The notes beneath the pieces are model-generated. The model did no database searches, was not told the DNA's origin, and saw only the letters and a program-made list of their open reading frames with translations. A stretch of DNA of 49,172 nt from a virus: the IMG/VR virus record IMGVR_UViG_3300017963_000082; one strand, 5' to 3'. Below are positions 45,633 to 49,172 of this stretch, piece by piece. The position numbers and the translations under genes were made by a program. Positions within the stretch are counted from its first letter, which is position 1. Each line of letters starts with the position of its first letter.

Positions 45633-48217
45633 TAGTCGTCACACCCCGCCCACTGTGTACGCCATTCCATCGTGGCGGTGATGGTGGCGCCGGTGTTGTC
45701 CACGAAACACGTTACCTGGTTGGTGCCGGGGTTCAGTCGCCACGTTCCAAAGTCGGAATTTGGGAGAACCGCGCCGGGCACCTCGCCAGCGAACGAGGAC
45801 ACGACTGTCTTGTTCTCTGGTGCGAGGTCGATGGTTAGCGTCTCGCCGTCTTGGAGGTCATAGTCGAATAGGAGTTCTAAGCCCAAGGTTTCGTTGCGTA
45901 TTTGTATCAGCTTGGCCGAAGTTCCTCCCGATCTTTCTATCGTAAAGATTGGAAAAGCCTCCGCAGTCCCGTCATTGCTTACATCCACAGTGCCAGCCAG
46001 ATTTCCGGCGCCGGTAGCATCCAGGCCCAGATACACATCATAATTACGGGTTATGACGGGATCCGGTGGACCAAACTCAAACTCCTCCAAATATATGATT
46101 CCTGCCGGCAGACTTATATCAAGACCGACCCACGATGAGCCATTCCACCGTGCTGTCTGTTCTGGAACGGAAATGCCCCCAATTGTCGTAAACGCACCAG
46201 CAGCATAAAGAACCCCATCAGGCGCGAGGCCCAACCGATACACAATATCATTTGCCCCGGTCCCTAATGGTTCCCAGATTGCCCCTCGTGTCTTAGCAAC
46301 TCGATCCGCATTTGCATCCCCGCTTGCATTTGTGAACGATCCGCCAATGTAAATGACCCCATCTGACCCGATCTCGATAGCGTATGTCTGTCCAGTCAGC
46401 GAATCATCGGCTACTGCATTCCAGCTTGAACCGTCCCAGCGTGCAATATCGGTTAGGGCGACTCCTCCCATAGAGGTAAAGCTGCCCACCACATAGACAT
46501 CGCCATTAGGCGCTACCGCGACCTCATATACAATTCCACCCCCGCTCACGCCCACATCTGGCGCCGCATAAGCCGACCCATCCCAGGTCACAACCCCATC
46601 TGCATTGGCGATGCCATTCCAGTTGGTGAAACTCCCGACTATCCACAAAAGACCATCAGCATCAAATGCCAAGTCACGAACAATTCCTGTTCCACCACCA
46701 GACACCGCAGACCAGTTTGCGCCATCCCACTGTGCAATATAGTCAGCGTTTGCATCTCCGGCGACGTTAGTGAAATTGCCTCCAGCATAGATTGTCCCAT
46801 CTGGGCCCTCAATCAGTACAGCAATTCCACCTCCAACCGTCGCAAAGTCACCATTTCCCCCTACCGTCTCCCAGGTGTCTGTCTGAGGGTTGTATCGTGC
46901 AACATAGTCTCGGCCTGCGACACCATCCCAACCAGTAAACGGCCCTCCAATATACAAGTAACCATCTGAGGCGTACAGCATTGCCGTAACCCATCCCCCG
47001 GTGGTTGGGTTCGCTGTCAGCCCCAAATCATCCCACTGTCCCGTGCTCCGCAACCTTCCAGCGATGTACCTCCATGTCGCTGAATCCTCCACATCCAGCA
47101 CCGCCGCCTCGTTCCCGATCTCCTTCCAGAATGGGTCATCGGCGATAAACCGGAACGCCACACGCTCCCAACACGGAAAGCGTCCGTTGATGCGCAGCTC
47201 TAGCCCCGCCTCGTAGTGCGCCGCCAGTTCCTTCTCAGTCGCCGCACCAGTGTACCGGAACCGTACCGGCTGTGGGTCGCCGTCCACGTATGGGTAAGCA
47301 TTCGGCCTGAATAGGGCGATCAGCGCCTCACGTGCCGCGTGAACATCTGCCAGGTCGTCAAATCCAATGCCCACCGTGTCCGTGATCGCACCGGTCAGCG
47401 TGAATGCCAGCGATCCCTCACGGACGCTGGTCATCTCGCCACCGGGGAGAATGGCGTACTCTTGCAGTCCCAACTCCTGCGGGGGCATTCCGGTGCCATC
47501 CATCCGGGCGATCTCAAAGTAGTAGTCTGTCAGCGGACGCACACGGCCACCGGCACGGGACAGCGCCGAGCGGCTGGATGTGCTGGCATTCTCCGCGCCG
47601 TTCCACTCGCAGCCCTCTTGTCCGCCGTCGCAGTAGGTGGTATAGTAGCCGGTCTTCTGTTCGACCTGGATACCGTCAATGTTAAAGTCGCCCGCGCCCG
47701 CGCCGTTTTGTCGGATGTAGAGTGTGGTGGACCCGTTCGCCTGCGCAGCGGGGAATTGCAAGCCAAACAGGTTCCAGTTTGTATCGTAGGACTTGAGCAG
47801 CGTCGGCGTGGTGTACGTCGCATTGTCAAGCGACCAGTCCCAGGTTGCAGGGAGTGTGCCCGTCACGCGCACCGTCACATAATGGATCGCGTTGTCCAAT
47901 GCCTGCAGCGTGACCGATCCGCCCTCATTGTTCGCGGCGGTCTGGATGCGGTACGAATAGACACCGACCCACTGCGCGGTTGTCACGCGGGTCATTGTCC
48001 CGCCACCCACGGCGGCAAAGTTGCCCGCGATCTCTCCGCTCGGGTTCAGCGTCTCATTGTCTGTCGCTTCCGGTACGACGATCGACCAGATGCCCATGTA
48101 ACAGTCTCCTCTATCGCACGCGGCGAAGGGCAGATAAACCGTGTACGTCTCCTGCGCTTCCACCGCACCGCACGCCACCAAACACAGAGCCAGCAAAAGC
48201 GTAGTGAGTTTTTTCAT
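45632..48217 (-). CDS. Evolved Dit-like distal tail protein with an N-terminal CBM-like domain, a ~6-7-blade beta-propeller insertion and a possible N-terminal lipoprotein signal.
   Basis: The C-terminus is FPIFTIERSGG...IQIRNETLGLELLFDYDLQDGETLTIDLAPENKTV...WRLNPGTNQV (Dit-type). The repeated blades read G(G/S)xFT...A(D/N)...WDG..W. The N-terminus is MKKLTTLLLALCLVAC. An alternative ATG at 48097 has the strong SD AGAGGAGA. Confidence 0.62.
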   Translation of the reverse strand: MKKLTTLLLALCLVACGAVEAQETYTVYLPFAACDRGDCYMGIWSIVVPEATDNETLNPSGEIAGNFAAVGGGTMTRVTTAQWVGVYSYRIQTAANNEGGSVTLQALDNAIHYVTVRVTGTLPATWDWSLDNATYTTPTLLKSYDTNWNLFGLQFPAAQANGSTTLYIRQNGAGAGDFNIDGIQVEQKTGYYTTYCDGGQEGCEWNGAENASTSSRSALSRAGGRVRPLTDYYFEIARMDGTGMPPQELGLQEYAILPGGEMTSVREGSLAFTLTGAITDTVGIGFDDLADVHAAREALIALFRPNAYPYVDGDPQPVRFRYTGAATEKELAAHYEAGLELRINGRFPCWERVAFRFIADDPFWKEIGNEAAVLDVEDSATWRYIAGRLRSTGQWDDLGLTANPTTGGWVTAMLYASDGYLYIGGPFTGWDGVAGRDYVARYNPQTDTWETVGGNGDFATVGGGIAVLIEGPDGTIYAGGNFTNVAGDANADYIAQWDGANWSAVSGGGTGIVRDLAFDADGLLWIVGSFTNWNGIANADGVVTWDGSAYAAPDVGVSGGGIVYEVAVAPNGDVYVVGSFTSMGGVALTDIARWDGSSWNAVADDSLTGQTYAIEIGSDGVIYIGGSFTNASGDANADRVAKTRGAIWEPLGTGANDIVYRLGLAPDGVLYAAGAFTTIGGISVPEQTARWNGSSWVGLDISLPAGIIYLEEFEFGPPDPVITRNYDVYLGLDATGAGNLAGTVDVSNDGTAEAFPIFTIERSGGTSAKLIQIRNETLGLELLFDYDLQDGETLTIDLAPENKTVVSSFAGEVPGAVLPNSDFGTWRLNPGTNQVTCFVDNTGATITATMEWRTQWAGCDD

Positions 48218-48232
48218 TGCCTATCCGTTCTG

Positions 48233-49172
48233 TCAGTTCATCGAGTTCAGCAGGTCAAAGTCCTGGATGACGCTGGATTGCGTCGCCCTCGTGTTGACGG
48301 TCAAGTTGTTGTTGGTGATCGGCTGGACCATCACGCGCTCAGGGGTTGCACCCTCACCGACCAACATCCGACGCGGGCCCCCGAAGCCGGGACCGACCAT
48401 TCCATCGAACCCGGTCTGGAAACCCTCTTGGAGACCTGTATCTGTCGGGCGTGCAGTGGTTGTAGGTGGTACTGCTGAACTTGTACCGCGCTCCGTGATC
48501 ACAACCTCAATATCAACCCGTTTCTTGTCCGGTATGTCATCGATCAGCGTGGCTAATTCCTCAACCTCATCTTGCCCCGTGCTGGCGCTCATAATGACAT
48601 CTTGCAGCGCTTCGTCAAAGTCCGTTGCCGCGATCTCGCCAGCGCCAAAATCACCGACCAGCTCCAAGATGCTAGAGGAGAGCCGGATGCTTTCCTCGTC
48701 TGCAAGACCAAAAGCGATCTGCGTTTCTGTCACAGCAGTCGCGTAATCTTCGGCGGTGATCGTGTCCTCTGCCATCAACTCACCCAACTCAGTGATCGCC
48801 GCCGATGCTATTTGTGCGTCTGTTGCACCCATCAGACTCTGCTGGAGGTTTGTTTGTTCTGTCGCTGCTGCTTTTGCCGCTTCTGTCTGTGCGGTCAGCG
48901 TTTCGAGATATGTCGGCGCCGCCGCAATAGCCGCATCCTGTGCTGCCTGTGCCGACGCGATCGCTTGCGCGTACTGGTTGTGTGCTAGTGTCGAATCGCC
49001 AGCGGGGACAATGCCATTTCTAACCGTCTCCTGGTAGGATAGCATCGCAGCGCTGGTTGTCTCGATTGCTTCCTGTTCCAATGTGAACCCGTAGCGCACC
49101 TCCTCAGATGCTACCTGAAAGTCAGTCTGTGCTGCCACCTGCCGCTTGAGTGAGTTCTCAAATTCGTCCAGA
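48233..49172 (-). CDS. Tape measure protein, C-terminal part, continuous with 1..1028 through the terminal repeat.
   Basis: The ORF 48233..49138 has no true start: its first codons RQVAAQTDFQVASEEV continue the frame read at bases 1..123. It is Ala/Thr/Gln-rich and helical. Confidence 0.85.
   Translation of the reverse strand, partial: LDEFENSLKRQVAAQTDFQVASEEVRYGFTLEQEAIETTSAAMLSYQETVRNGIVPAGDSTLAHNQYAQAIASAQAAQDAAIAAAPTYLETLTAQTEAAKAAATEQTNLQQSLMGATDAQIASAAITELGELMAEDTITAEDYATAVTETQIAFGLADEESIRLSSSILELVGDFGAGEIAATDFDEALQDVIMSASTGQDEVEELATLIDDIPDKKRVDIEVVITERGTSSAVPPTTTARPTDTGLQEGFQTGFDGMVGPGFGGPRRMLVGEGATPERVMVQPITNNNLTVNTRATQSSVIQDFDLLNSMN
49050..49172. repeat. Contig-terminal direct repeat, copy 2 (identical to 1..123).
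   Basis: Read directly. Confidence 0.95.

Overview
The window is one complete genome of a GC-rich tailed dsDNA phage with an HK97-type head and a long non-contractile tail. Bases 1-123 are identical to 49050-49172, so the window is one 49,049-bp unit plus an assembly overlap, and the tape-measure gene runs through the artificial ends.

There are three transcription blocks.
(i) A late structural and lysis operon lies on the minus strand (22354 -> 1, continuing 49049 -> 41262). In order it encodes two small ORFs, the large terminase, four small moron-like genes (one with a Tat signal), a portal-MuF fusion and a protease-scaffold fusion. These are followed by the major capsid protein, a glycan-tailoring enzyme island, fibre/decoration-like proteins sharing a ~33-aa N-terminal module, head-tail connectors and the tail tube. 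The block ends with the G/GT frameshift chaperones, tape measure, an evolved Dit-like beta-propeller protein, a Tal-like hub, a LamG protein, a TIM-barrel glycosidase with a CBM, a receiver-domain membrane protein and a holin-like protein.
(ii) An early/replication operon lies on the minus strand (35670 -> 22553). It encodes RHH regulators, a recombination-like protein and many small Zn-ribbon proteins, and contains a ~700-bp non-coding island holding a tRNA-like gene and a 23-unit hexanucleotide repeat. Further genes are a ParB-MT-A70 methylase, nuclease-like proteins, an HNH fusion, a replisome organiser with internal iterons, a DnaC-like loader, and Dam-like and N4/N6 methylases.
(iii) A plus-strand operon (35848 -> 41200) encodes an RHH protein, unknowns, an RlpA-like DPBB protein, membrane proteins (one with a classical C2H2 finger) and a fourth methylase.

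Five sigma70-type promoters with extended -10 (TGn) elements and one clear intrinsic terminator are readable. I found no integrase, reverse transcriptase, CRISPR array or rRNA. Most plus-strand ORFs in the track that overlap minus-strand genes are GC-driven shadow ORFs.

All family assignments come from motifs read by eye; no database search was possible.
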